From Phoronis australis (taxonomy: Eukaryota > Animalia > Phoronida), in assembly GCA_002633005.1 (NCBI GenBank), contig NMRA01000568.1:207842-271841 (forward strand): 64,000 bases of DNA, read 5' to 3'. Positions 13,248-26,705 of the stretch are shown here, piece after piece. The notes below the pieces were generated by a model that saw only the letters and a list, made by a program, of their open reading frames with translations, searched no databases and was not told the origin of the DNA. The translations under genes and the position numbers were made by a program. The number at the start of each line of letters is the position of its first letter. The stretch's first letter is position 1.

Positions 13248-14544
13248 GTTGAAAAAAAGTCTGTGACAAGTACGTTGTTTATTGTACAATGTTGAAATTT
13301 ACCAATGTGCCATACTAGGAAGACATGCAATAGCAAAATACTGTAGTACAAATGCTGTGACATTTTCTGCAATTTGAGTGGACGAAGTTAATTTTTTAGT
13401 CATTGGTCTATCAAAAGTTGAATTAATCTGAGCGATTCCGGATGTCCTGTAATCATCACTGAATCAAACACCAGTGTTCAGCCACAGCAAAGGCAAAGCA
13501 CTCCAAATTTCGGAAATCACAGAGAGATTATTCCTTTAGACATGGCGTATCGCTTCAATTAGTACATTTTGTTTATGTTCATTTTTAGTTCTTTAATCAA
13601 ACACGTTAGTGAGTTTTTTGTTGAAACTGGATGTTTACCGATAATAACAGAACAGGATAATCAACATTATTTTCCCTTCCAGACACCTGCTGGTCACACC
13701 TCGAGACCTGTATTTATTCTAAGTCTGATGATTCAGTTCGAACGCTATCTCGAACCCAGCATTTCCTGCTTTCCGCAAGACAAACAATGGATACTTTAAT
13801 TTCATCCATAGAAACGTGCACCAACATTCTCAAAAATCCATTTGCTTGTTAAAGTATTCTCAGTGGTGAAATTACATTACACAACAATTATAGTGTAGAC
13901 GTACATTCTACCATAACTGTTTTTAAAAACAGAAGCTGTGATGCCTTATTTCTATTTGTACAAAACAGGTTGCAAAATGCATTGGGCACAGACCAGAGCT
14001 AATTATTTTATTTTTAGCCTTACACAGCGAATTCGGCATTGCAAAAAATCATCTTTAAATTTAAGCTCAATGTCTTATTTTAAGTATGCATTGATTTAAA
14101 ATAGCTTCGATTTTTTATTTCTTATATATAAAAATTTCGAGAAAGGTCGTCCAGCAGTGGCTAAAAAGATACAAATGTATAGTATCACATCAGTATTTTT
14201 GTTTGTTTGTGTACATGTATATGTCTGTATATTTTGCCAACACCTAGGATTCAGAGATGTTAACATTATCGTATTCATCAATAACTGACGGAAGAGAAAA
14301 AGATTACAGAGTATCATGGAGTAGGCATTTCTGTGAACATTTGAGCTTGATACATGTATTTAGTGATAAAATCTCTATAGCCGTTGTGTTTATCATGTCA
14401 CGCAAACAGCACACGAATTGTGTTGCAGTAGAAAGTTTTTCAATACATGTAGTTTGTAGATGAAATTTGATTGACAGATAATAAGTGATTTGTGCGTTTG
14501 TAGTCCTAATATTGTGCTTTTTATACATTACTCTGATTTGAAAG

Positions 14545-14750
14545 GTGGCAACAATTTCCTGAAGTGCATGGCCTCATGCCTGGACAAAACGATGGCAGAC
14601 ATTGAACAATGGTACAACGAGTGTGGTACTGATGGAAACTGTTGGTTGAGAAAGGTCGGCTTCATGGGCCTCACATGTGCCGGACGTTGTACGCTTAACA
14701 CGGGATCTCTGGAATTGTCCGCTGTAGTTAAAGTTGAAAAAAGTCTGTGA
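14545..14750 (+). CDS. Small 6-Cys peptide gene, copy D (possibly a pseudogene)
   Basis: GNNFLKCMASCLDKTMADIEQWYNECGTDGNCWLRKVGFMGLTCAGRCTLNTGSLELSAVVKVEKSL*. Candidate signal exon at 14368-14419 (KISIAVVFIM...). Confidence 0.65.
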
Positions 14751-15394
14751 CAAGTACGTTGTTTTCTAGATAATGTTAAAATTTACCGGTTTGTCATACT
14801 TAGAAGACTTGCAATAGCAAAAGAGTGTAGTATAAAGTTGTGAAGTTTTCTGGGATTTGCACGGAGAAAGTTAATTTTTGTTAGACATTGCACTGTCAAA
14901 GTTGAATTAATCTAAGTTATTCCGGATGACCTGTATCACTGAATCAATCACCAGTGTTCAGCCAAAGCAAAGACAAAGCACCCGAGAGTTCGGCAATTAC
15001 AGAGATATTATAACTTAAAACATTGCGTTTCGTTTCAATTAGTTCTTTGTGCATTTGGTAATGTTTAATTGTTTAGTCAAAAATGTTTGTGAGTTTTTTT
15101 GAAGCTGGAGGTTTACCGATAATAACAGAACATAGTATGCAACATTATTTTTCTTTCTCGACACCTGCTGGTCACCACGCAACTGGCCCTTATTCCAAAT
15201 CTGAAGATTGAGTCCGAACTGTTCCTCAAAGCCCGCGCTTCCTGCTTTCCGCAGGACAAACAATGGAAACTCTTCATCCATACAAATGAGCACAAGCATT
15301 CTCAAAAATCCATTTGTCTGTTATTCCTTTCTCAGTGGTGAAATCACATTACACATCAATTATAGTCTATACTACGGAGATTTTGTTGGGCAGA

Positions 15395-17145
15395 TCACTT
15401 CACGGAATATCATCAAAAATCAATCGTCCTAATAGGTATATGCAGTCCGTCTAGGCGTGCGAGTCAGTTGAGAGGTCGCCAGGTTTGAAAGCAACAAGCT
15501 AGGAACCAGTAAGAGGAGAGGATAATAGCTGTTACCTAGCAACAAGCGAACACAGCTGCGTTTTTGTGTTAGTTAACATTGAAGTTATTGACTTACTCAG
15601 TGGCTGACCCAGGATCATGGGCAAATGCACTTTGACATTAGACATACATACTTAGGCGCATCATATTCATAAAGTACAGCAATGCATGGGTTCTGGACCA
15701 CATGGTCCATCTCTGAATCCGGGTCGGATACTAGTTTACAGGACAGAACGTAAAGCAATGTTTCAATTTATGTTCTTTGAAAAATGTCTGTCAATAGCAA
15801 TCTTGCTCAATAAATTAAAGAAAGCCCCGTTTGTGATTCTAGAGTGGACACCATCGTGTAGAAGTAACGGCGTGGTGTTTACTGTGGTTCTGGGCTCGTT
15901 CTGCACGAAATATACTCAAAGAACCGAAAAAAACAATCAGTTGTACACCCAACGCTGCCCGACAGATATGATATTTGACGTCCACGCTTGTGCGTGTGAC
16001 TATAACTTGAGGGCAAAATGCACTTCCATCCTACCTACTGGTCACCATGTGCCGTCATGAAAATTTTCAAATTGCCAATCGTTCAAATACATTCAAGGAC
16101 AACATTTTGAAATTGCCTATTGTATGGCAACAATTCAGTTTAACATTTTTTTTTTCACAACAGGAACGAATAAAGTAACGTACATGCAAAGTTTTTAAGC
16201 AGATCTCCCTTTATACATGCCGTGTTGAAAGTCTACGGCCGTCTACAATTGCTTTAAGTCAACATAGTGCAGATCATAATAAGTGCTTTAAACTGCGTGC
16301 AGAATTATTCCAATACGAGAGTCTTTGAAACAGGAGTAACAAGAGCTGGTATTTTGACTAAACGCGATCAGATTTTCAAAACAGGAACGAATAAAGTAAC
16401 GTACACGCAAAGTTTTTAAGCAGATCTCCCTTTATACATGCCGGTCTACAACTGCTTTAAGTCAACACAGTGCAGATCATAAGTGCTTTAAACTGTGTGC
16501 AGAATTATTCCAATACGAGAGTCTTTGAAACAGGAGTAACAAGAGCTGGTATTTTGACTAAACGCGATCAGATTCTTTTCGGTGACCTCGAGAAAGGTTT
16601 AATGACACGATGTAAAGAGTTGGTAGGTCTGACGTAAGTTGAATTGTAATTGTTTTGTGAAATAGCGTTGCCGTTGTATTGATAGGTGCGTTAGAAAGTC
16701 TTTAAATCCCGCTGTTTGGATCAAAAATGAATGCAGTACGACCTAAGTGACAAATTCGTGTTCTATTTTATACCAAAATGCTTGTTAAATACATTCATTT
16801 AAATTACATAGTGGTTTTCGTCTTTATTGCCAATTAATTCTTCAGAATAACGTCGGACCGAACGTACATGCATGAACGTAAATACACGGAAGCATCAGCT
16901 GGCTTAAAAGCTGATATGCCATGCTGAAAAATCCAGATCATACATATCACCACTGATCACCGTCAATTTCACACACCCTATAGATCATACTATAGGCTAC
17001 GACACTACAAATTTCCATTCGATTTAAATCTTTTCTCGTGGTAATTTACTTGTTTCCAGTATGTTAATTTTATTACTATGATTTGACCTGAGAATAAACA
17101 GTTTCTGAGGTTATTTCTTTCGAATTTTGATTTTGCATGATCTTT
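15395..17145 (+). repeat. Segmental paralog of ~1540-2370 and ~3990-4690, with an internal ~220-bp direct repeat (~16158-16375 and ~16380-16575)
   Basis: The block ttaacattgaagttattgacttactcagtggctgacccaggatcatgggcaaatgcacttt occurs at ~1728 and ~15573, and other blocks are colinear. Confidence 0.85.
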
Positions 17146-17177
17146 GAATCCCTGTTCTGATGCCCATTTAGCACTCC

Positions 17178-17233
17178 ACGCGCGCGCGCACACTCACACG
17201 CACACACATAAACGCACACAAACACACACACGC

Positions 17234-17287
<54 letters not shown>
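17178..17287. repeat. (CG)n/(CA)n microsatellite
   Basis: Direct reading. Confidence 0.95.
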
Positions 17288-17288
<1 letters not shown>

Positions 17289-19610
17289 GCTGGATCGATT
17301 GACAAAACACGCAGTAACACGACAGTAAGAAAACGAACAGTTTGTTGTCTTTTTTGTTGAGAAAAATACGCCCTTGGCCCTACAGTGAAGGTGAGATCTT
17401 CAGGCACAAAATGGAACATACTGGCTCCTGACACAGTGACATTTACGAGGATTGAAGTTCTTGAAAATAGGTCACGGTGTCTTGAAAAATGGCTGTTGCG
17501 ATCCTCGGTTTGAGAAATCGTCGCCTGATCACGTCATCTGGAGGTTCCACAAAGAATTTTTAGTAATATCACGCTACAAGAGATGTCGTCAAAAGTTTCA
17601 AGTATCAATGCTTCGGATCATTTTAAAGAATGTGAATTGACAATCGGGCTCAAATGTTTTTGCTTCGGGACGGAATGAAGTGATAAGTGATCATATGTCT
17701 AAACCCAGATAGCATTACTACATGTATTTCAGGCAATGCAGTGCATATTCATGATACATGTCTGCATTTAAGGTTGTATTAATCACTTATCGCGTCTTGA
17801 TGCTCAGGCCTCCAGTTGGGTAAGTGATGCATCCACACGTTTTAATGAATTACAGTACAGCCACTGAATTATTAGACTTCCACCGGTCTACCTCACGTCT
17901 GGACAGACCAGAGCCCAACCGGAACACAGGCGTGAGAGAAATCCGTCACGGTTGTCCCATGCCTACTCTCCGGGTAGCTCTCACGCTTACCTCCAGTTTT
18001 ATTAACGCCTTCCTCACGCTTTCCTCACGCCTTTGGTACATGTACATGTACATGTAGCTGTGGTAACATACATGTACGGTACCGTGATGGTGCACCGGGC
18101 TAATAAAAATATCATCTAGATCTGCATGTACAGGTGACGTTGTTTGTGTAGCTGTCGAGTAAGCCGTTGTTTCGGCATTTTATACCACTGAGTTCCGACA
18201 AACTCCGCATTTAATCGTATTTGTCGTACAAACGAACTCCTTTAACTCGTCTGGCGTTACCTTTATGTTGTCCAATTTATTACTGCAAATCATGTCCCAT
18301 CAACGACTTGACCGTGGTTAGGTTAGTAAAGTTTAGATCAATTTAGTGGCCTAGGTAAAGACGAACAAACGCGACCCTCTACACTCGTTCATAGCTTACA
18401 CGGTTGCAGTCTTCACGAAACTCATTACTGCTGGATATTTATTTCGCCCTAAAAATAGCCCACCCATCTTGCTTGCGCACTCATGTATTGTCTCTCCGTG
18501 GATTCTTGCACCGCACTCAGAGGAACAGAAAATTTCAATGGGCTTGTGTGACAACATGTAACACCCCTACTGCGAGTGCATAATAAGTCTCCAACCCCTT
18601 GTGCGGGTTTATTTGTAGCCCATCCCCTTAGTAGTTCGGTTCCATGTAGTCTACTTGTCTGACTCGTCAGATGGTCGTGTTCACTTTTTCCGTTTTTTTT
18701 TGATTCTATTCTGTAGACAAATTACTAGTCGTAAATCCCGGGGGTGAATTACAGTACAAAAAAGCTAGTTGAAAAGCTGACCGATAGAAAAGTTCGCATA
18801 CATTTTACACCGTGGTTTATCCAATAAAAGACCGGTAGTTAGGGATGTGATAAATACGCAGCAAGATTCTGAAGTAATTTCACCTAAAATATCTGATAGT
18901 TTAATGATGTCCGTGAAAAACATAATAATTTTGGTGCATTCTCTGTACAGTGCTAAGAGTGCAAAATAGTCATAGAAAATAGGCAAGTTTAATATAGCTT
19001 ACATTAAACCGAAAACAAATAATGAAAAGTAACAAAGACGGGCAACAGAAAACTCACTATAATATTAGCACTACATATTGACACACTGGTGGACGACAAA
19101 AGGCCGAGCAAATGTTTGATTTGAAATTATAGTGGGCACAACTGATTGTGCAATTTTTTCAAACAATCAAAATCTTTTAAATTATGATCAGGTAGCTTCA
19201 TTATTCAAGTATCCCTAAAACAAATGAATATCAATTACCACATCAATCAAAATGAAATGAAACCAACTAACGCATTACTATGTAATCCCTCGGCTGGCTG
19301 TGCCTTGCGGCGACATTACAAAGTAATGTAACTGCCTCCACAGAAAGAAGTATGCGCACCAGTTAGAAGTGACTTGATTGTCACTTTTGAAGTTGTACTT
19401 TTCTGGAAGTTGGTCTATTTTCATTCAAAGTTTTTGGTATTGTTTTTATAAAAAGGCAAAAGTTTACCATTTCAGTGGAAACGGCACACTTAAATTTAGA
19501 CTTTGAAAGTCAAAATTCTTTTATTTACCCGGGGTCTGATGTCAGTTGAATTTGTATACATATGCAGGTGATGTTATATAAACATTACCATCAAGGCACT
19601 AGAGAGAAAA

Positions 19611-19679
19611 GATAGATAAATAGATAGATAGAGAGATAGATAGATTTATAGATAGATAGATAGATAGATAGATAGATTT

Positions 19680-19738
<59 letters not shown>

Positions 19739-19740
19739 TA
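19611..19740. repeat. (GATA)n microsatellite
   Basis: Direct reading. Confidence 0.95.
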
Positions 19741-19902
19741 GATTATTACATGGCGAAGTCGTTATCCCCCGTTATCTAGAGCCCGAGTGGGTTTCGGAGA
19801 ATTATCGCCCGAGGGGCATTATCCCCGAGGGTGATAATTCTCCAAAATCCACTCGGGGCCCTAGATAAGGGGGGTAACGGCTGAGAACATGTAATAATCT
19901 AT
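19738..19902. repeat. ~165-bp imperfect inverted repeat (long hairpin)
   Basis: Paired arms: atagattattacatg/catgtaataatctat, ttatctag/ctagataa, cccgagtggg/tccactcggg, ggagaattatcgccc/gggtgataattctcc. Confidence 0.9.
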
Positions 19903-20332
19903 TTATACCACATACTAAACGAGAAACATTGCAATGAATCGATCTACCTTTTCTGACTCTCCGCGACTTTGTAACTACTTTCTAGGTCAGAGGCCCGGGT
20001 CGGTGGTCGCGACCTTTTAAGAAAAGCCGGGCTATTTTTGTCAAATAATGCTTTTACTCAAAACCTATTGAAAACTTAAATAGAATAGAAATAAATTGAA
20101 TTTATAAATTAGGGTTTACCAACTATTATAGCTTAAAACACGTTTTTTTCACGCTGAGCGCGGCTTTAGACGCTCTGCGGCTGGGTTAAAGATCTTTTAT
20201 AGGCCTAACTATCCCCAATTCCCGTACCAGTATGAATTTCAAAAAATAACGTGACTTGGCTGCGTCAGATGTGATATGCGACGTTGATGTTGAAATTGCG
20301 CCATATTTTTTATGTTGATTTCCTTTGTTGGA

Positions 20333-20820
20333 TTATAATTCATATATTGCAATGTAGGCATCCTGGGGAGGCTTGGATGTACTTGTGACTGTAGAGTCGT
20401 CAAAATTTATCCATTCCCATGCTGACGATTTAACACAGCATGTATAATGACCACCCGTCGTCTTTCTTCCATGGTGTTCAATGACTGCTTTTATTTTGTA
20501 GCCGGAGAGGTCATACGAGGAAATCTTTGTGTTGATTTTTTCACCATTAGTCGCGGTACGTAAGATATGAATACAAAGGTATTTTGGCGGTTTTACTAAT
20601 GACCATGTGAGCTGGCCACTGAGACTATTACAGTTTGGGCAACTAAAGTCCTCGATGTCCAACGACGTCCACAAGCTGTGCCACAACTCCTGCATAGTTA
20701 TTTCTTTCCTTAGCGTTGGGAGGTAGACGGTAAACTCCCAGTCTATCTGTGTTTTTTCCTTTGTTGTTGTGCAGTTATTACAGCTCCTAGTTTGCTTCTT
20801 CACGCGTTGGAAGGTACTAG
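20333..20820 (-). CDS. Ubiquitin-specific protease (peptidase C19) C-terminal half
   Basis: Two CxxC Zn knuckles (CNNC, CPNC), PPKYLCIHILR, His-box AVIEHHGRKTTGGHYT, then WINFDDSTV and AYIAIYE. No Cys-box (GLxNxGNxC) was found upstream. Confidence 0.8.
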
Positions 20821-23800
20821 CTAGATAGATACAAATAGTCATGCACCTAAACAAGTTGTTCCTACTTTGTCAGTGCAACTTAAAGTGACAAGTTAGAGTG
20901 GAACTTGAAGTAGCCGAAGGTAAACAACTAAATTTCAGTTTTACTAAGACTATACATAGTCATTGATTACTTTAGAAATATCAAAACAAGGCAATGGGAG
21001 CCGCTTGGATGAAAACCGCCAATACCTATATTTGTACTAGTCAACAATATATCTCACTACATGAGCGATACATTAACTTGTGTTGAGTATCAACAAAATG
21101 ATTATGTATCTATGTAAAATGTGTACATGTACATGTACATGTACATGGACACTTACCTACAAGTATAGGGATTACAATACAAACTACCGGTGCAATAATG
21201 GGAGAAACTAAAATAAGGTACAGATTAAGAATGATATAAACTAAAATTTAACGTGGTTGGGTCAACGAAGAAAAAAATGAATGAATACGGTATGCATTTA
21301 ATTGTACTAAGAGAAAAAAAAACATTTGCAAAGTAAAAAATTACTAAAAATAAAGAATAACAATGGCTGGGCAGGCAAAATTATATGGTTGTATGATTGA
21401 AGTTTATTACACGTGTTTTTTTATTTCCAAGTTGGTTATGCCAAATCTTTTTTTTCGCTACAGGGTACAGGTGTACATATTTCGTATTTGAAGTTCTCCG
21501 AGAATAAAGACAAGACATTTTGTTTGACATATGTAAAATATTGAAAAAATGGCCAATTTTTGTGAACAGGGTTTGAGATATGCTGAAAATGAGCTGCGGT
21601 TGATCTTTGCAAACCCTGCCACATCTCTTAACTGCCCTCAGGCAGCGAACGAATCTTTAAACCTTAAAATTCTTTGTCCGAGAGTTGTGCTTGCGAACGT
21701 GCACAAAGACATGTTTGCGAGCTTGGTATATCAAACCGTTAATCTCGTATCACGCCATTCTGTAAAGAACGAATACGCGACTAGTGATGCCTCGTTCAGT
21801 TTTTAACCAAGGTGATTTTGGTTACCATCGTTAAAGGTTTACATGTGACATTTACTCGTTTCAAAGAAGCATGCAGGGCAGAAAGGCAGGGATTGTATTC
21901 AATATTTGTCACATCCCAATGGGTTTGATCTAACGCTGCTGTCAGCGGCTCACGTGGATACCGGACCGTTACGTAGATTGTCATTGTATAATGGATAATT
22001 CTGAGGTGTCGATTCGACCTTTCGTGTACACGCACGTGCGGCTATTTGCATTCTTCTAAATCTGAATGTTCAAAAGGTTTGCTTATTTTTGCTCGGAATT
22101 AAACATTTACAAACAAGGTTACGCAGCTTGATTTTTTATTTTTAAAAGTGAAAATTTGGTCGAAGAAAGTGGGATATTTATGCAGACCACATGCTGTTTT
22201 AAAGTTGGTCTCAACTGATTGTCAACTGAGATGAGAAGAGGTTTTGGGTCTTGCAAAGACTTTGAGGTTCGTTATTCCTTGAGATCTTGCTCGGCGAATC
22301 AAATAGTCATGACACGTCGTGAAAAGTCAGTTAGCCTCAAACCCAAACATAGCAGAGTGGAAGTTCTTTCATAGCCCAGAAGTCACATGAACTTTAACTA
22401 TAAAGAGCTGTTCGAAAAAAATTCATAGTTCCGAGTTTCATCTAAATCAAAATTGTTTCTAGGGTTTTTAGACTCTTGAAAAGAATGCTGCGTTTGCCCG
22501 CTGTTAAGGAAGGACACGTTGAGCAAACGGTTGAACCGTTACTTAAAAATGTGATGACTCTGGAAAGTCAAGGTGTTACAAGGAAATTACATGTAAGCAT
22601 GGATATGTAAATTTTAAGGTTTTCTTCACTCTGGTCTTTTGGGTCAAAATCTGAACACATTACTTTGAATTCATGCATTCTTTAGAAGGACAATTATACA
22701 TATACATATACATGTAAGGTGCACAAATAAAAAACTCGTTTAATTTATGTGTCCGGGTCTCGCCATAAGAGCTGTTAGTGCCGATCCAGTCATCGTTCTA
22801 TCACGTAAGGACGCAATGAATACCTACGAACACAAATGATCTGTGAGCTGGTTAGTTAGTAGCACAGAGTTTTGACCGGCACAACTATGTTTGTACATCT
22901 AGCTGGTGCACTTTTAAGCTATGCTGCCCCTGGTGTCAACCGACGTAATAAAAATACGGGAACGGTTGGTTCACCACTATATTTCCGGGAAAACCTTGAA
23001 GAAACAATTAGTAGCAGCTGAAAATCAAACAGATAACGACTCTAATCAACCAGATAAAAATTGTGAAGTCCATGAAAATCAATGTAGACACCCTTTCACA
23101 AAATGGTTGTAGTGACCCTTTAAATAATTGCGGGGCCGAACAAGAAATGCCTGGTAACAGCTAAAATACTACAAATCGCTGTAAGCACACTTGTATATTA
23201 ATGAGTAGAAGTAAACTAAACAATCAACTAATGGTCTGAAGCATACTGAAAATGGTCAAAATAATTTCCATGTACGTGTTTCGTAGGGCAAAACACATGA
23301 GGAAATGTCATAACACACGACCCGGAAGTACAGTAGTTATCAGAGGAAAAAATCAGAATTTGAAGACAAAACACACAAACGAAAAAGAATCACTGTTGAG
23401 GCGACACTTAACAGTTCAAGAATTTATTTTTTCAAGAAAAGCAAGAGAAAATGTATACTCATTTCTCATTGGAAATTATCGTTAAGTTGCACATTACCTA
23501 GACGAACGGTGTGAGCGCTTGTACTTAGGAACACGTACACGAGAATGTGACCTTACCAAATCCTAATTTACACATGGAGATAACTGCAGTTGAATAAAAC
23601 ACTGTCTTCGATCAATTGTAGTTTGTAATAAAGAAAATTTGCTGCCATTATATACTGATGCATAATATAAAAAGTATTGATAATAACGATGTTAGGCTTT
23701 CGTAATAATACCGGTTAGTTATAACATAGCGCTTTGCTGCTAAGTAAGCCGCCATGGTTCAGACCTGGCCAAACCCCTGGGATGTCAAGTATGTTAGCAG

Positions 23801-23837
23801 TGTCATTTTTTCCTTGGTTATATCCAATATCGAAACA

Positions 23838-24106
23838 ATGTGAGAAAGATCTCTTTACGAAGAAAAGATCCCGAGATCCAAGTCAAAATATACCAAGCTC
23901 ACAAGAAAAGTCTTCGCGTACATACACTAGTACAAGTCCTGGACAGAGAGTTGGATGATATGAGGATTCGTTACCTAAGGGAGGTGAAGAGACGTGACCA
24001 ATTTCGTAAAGATCAATTGCAACGGCGGATCATTACAACACACTAACTTCGCAACGCGTTCTACAAATATGAGGAGAAACAGTATAGTCAACAGGCGTTT
24101 GGTTAA
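23838..24106 (+). pseudogene. Stem-loop-terminated helical protein family, copy 1 (subfamily B); premature stop
   Basis: ...PEIQVKIYQAHKKSLRVHTLVQVLDRELDDMRIRYLREVKRRDQFRKDQLQRRIITTH*LRNAFYKYEEKQYSQQAFG*. TAA replaces the Gly of THGLR, and the start region is disrupted. Confidence 0.8.
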
Positions 24107-24155
24107 GACAGATTGGCCACTTCTGGGGAATCCTCAATTCCACAATAAAAACAAC

Positions 24156-24202
24156 AGCCCTTTTATGGGCTACCCACAATCACCAAAAAGAGCTGCTCGC
24201 TT
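24156..24202 (+). terminator. Histone-type 3' stem-loop + ACCCA + HDE-like element (copy 1)
   Basis: aacaac-AGCCCT TTTA TGGGCT-ACCCA (top pair mismatched), then AAAGAGCTG at 24187-24195. Confidence 0.75.
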
Positions 24203-26549
24203 AATATGATGGTGAATTATCTTATGATTTACCGGAAAAATGAAACGTTCTGTTGTCTTCGTACTTCTGGCAGTCAAATTAAATAAGTTGTCTCTTGAAA
24301 TTTGTTCACAAAGAACAACTTAATGACTGGATATGACGATTTGAAACATAATTAAGATCAACTATGGCATCATGTATAATGTTTTGGGTGACAAAAGTTA
24401 CCTGCAAATTGGCCGCATTAATGGTATTCAGACGGTAGTCTAGCATCATCAATTTAACTGATTTCAGTTACGTAACCAGCCGACACGAAACTCTGGTAAC
24501 TAGAAAAACACAAAGCGCTGCAAGACATGAAACTAAAATTAACTCAAATTTATACTTCGTTAAAGTGTTCTAAGTCTTGCTTGAACATATGGAAAATGAA
24601 AAAAATATCTTTTAATAATTCAAGGTTAATATATTAAATTAAAGGGGAAAAGAAGGGAGGTTAGTGGATGAACGAGAATATTCCTTGCTTTTATTAAAGT
24701 TAAGGGTCGTCATTACGTTGTATTACAGATAGCTGGCCTTAGTACATATCCTCACAGTTAACTCAAACGCAGAACCAAATTGGCGCGTAATTCTTGACTT
24801 CCTCAACGTCACTTCCGGAGTACGGCACGAGTAAGTATTACAAGAAGCCATAAAAGTGAAAAACATGTCTGGGATAATCAACGAACCTTATTTTAACTGA
24901 AAATGGCGTGAAAAAAGATTGCCTTCGCATTAAGAGATTGAGAAAATTTTGAAGAGGTTAGAGGGCTTTCACTCGCGATCCGTAAAAAATGGATATTTAT
25001 CTAGACCGCTTTTGGCTTTAAAGTTGGTTTCAACTTATTGTCATTTGAGATGAGAAGATGGTTTTGGTCTCGCTAACTCTTTGCGGTTCGTTATTCCTCG
25101 AGATCATGCGTGGCTATTCAAATAATCATGATACACTGTACGTCGTAAAAAGTCACTTAGCCTAAAAGCCAAACAATAGCAGACTGGAAGCTCTTTCCAA
25201 GCCAAGAAATCACGTTTTGCAAGTAAATTAATATTGGACCTGTGGGTTTTAAGATTTTCTGTACTGTGTTCTTTTGGCTCAAAATCAGAGAACGTTTCTT
25301 TGAATTCAGGAATTCTTATGAATATATTCATAAGCGTACATGTAAGTTCCACAAATAAAACGACCATTTTAATTTACAATACTTAAAGACTATCGTTGGT
25401 ATAAACTTGTTTCTTGCTCAGCTTAGACGTGATTCTGGTATTGGGAAGATGTGACAGTTACTGGTCATTTTTGAAACCCCGATTCGATGAGGTGGGCGTC
25501 CGGGGCTCGTCATGGGAGTTGTTAATGTTGATCCAGTCATCGTTCATTGACCAAGAGTGCCTTCAATAGACATAAAAACGAACGAACACAAAGGATCTGT
25601 ATGGTGGCTAATTAAAGGTTGCGGAAAAGTAGTACAGTTTTGAGCAAACGACACTTTTAATGTTTGTAGTTGGCTATCTCGCGCATTTTACATCTATGTT
25701 GCCCCCGGTGTCACCCAACGTAATTAAAACACTGGAACAGTTGATTAACCACTAAATTTCTCCAAATTCTTGAAGAAACAAAGGACAGAAGCAAACAATA
25801 AAACAGATAAAGACTCTAATATACTAGATATCAATTGTAAGACCCATAAAAGTGAATGTGGACACCCTTTAAGAAAATGGTTGAGGTGAGCCTTTAAAAA
25901 ACTGTGGGGACGAACAAGGAAACTCTGGTAACAGGTAGAATAGTACGAATCGCTGTAAGCACACCTGTATATTACTGAATAGAAGTACAGTATACTATAC
26001 AATCAATAATGGTCTAGAGCATATTGAAAATGATAAACATATGTTACGTGACGTGAGAAAAACACACGAGCAAATGTCAAAACCCGCGGAAGCAGTTACA
26101 AGAAAATCAGAACTTGAAGATAAAACACTCAAACCAAAACGACTTGCAGTTGTGGGCGACAGTTAACGTTTCAAGAAATTCCCATATTTAAAAGAAAAGC
26201 AAGGGAATGTATACCCATTTCCCGCCGGAAATTGTAGTGTACTTGCACATTACCTAGAACACTGTGCGAGTGGTTTGGGTGTTTGTCAGTGGGAACACTT
26301 AGTATGCGCTTACCAAATACCAATTTACACATGCATATAACTACCGCAAGTGCTGATGAACAAAACACTCTCTTTTCGGCCACTTGACCTATCGCCAGGA
26401 TTATGACGGCCGGCTTAATTGACCAATCAGAAAGCAGCATTATTGGCACACGTTCGTCTGCGTTTCCAAGCCGCCATTTTACCCGACAAACCACACACAG
26501 TCGAGTAAAACCTACTTTAGTCTATAGCTCAAGAAATTGTCCGCTAAGA

Positions 26550-26705
26550 ATGGGAAAACGGTGTTGATATGACGTGTGTAGCACCGACAGCCGTTATGCT
26601 ACTTCAGAATAACATCGAGTCATTTTTGGCATGTCCTAAGCCGAAAAATGATGTTGAAAAGCGTAAACTATGGATCAAACTGTACTGCCACACGAGCAGC
26701 TGAAA
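26550..26705 (+). pseudogene. Degenerate THAP-like N-terminus (transposon remnant)
   Basis: MGKRC*YDVCSTDSRY.../PKPKNDVEKRKLWIKL/PHEQL resembles THAP C-x4-C...FPKP...W, with stops and frameshifts. Confidence 0.5.

Larger units (their letters stand above)
12535..15370 (+). repeat. Tandem duplication (~1.45 kb unit: ~12535-13900 and ~13990-15370), each unit carrying a Cys-peptide gene
   Basis: Colinear shared blocks such as cagaccagagctaat, gttgaaaaaagtctgtgacaagtacgttgttt and ctcagtggtgaaat. Confidence 0.85.
22170..26370 (+). repeat. Diverged direct duplication (~22170-23620 vs ~24990-26370) flanking stem-loop gene copy 1
   Basis: Shared colinear blocks, e.g. tgagatgagaaga, gatccagtcatcgttc, tcgctgtaagcacac. 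Confidence 0.75.

Noticed and set aside
17076-17434. Cys/Val-rich ORFs (also 38576-38820)
   Set aside because: Translations of (CA)n microsatellites.
21549-21806. 85-aa ORF whose start region is shared with ~41270-41378
   Set aside because: No recognisable motif, and the paralogous site does not preserve the ORF.
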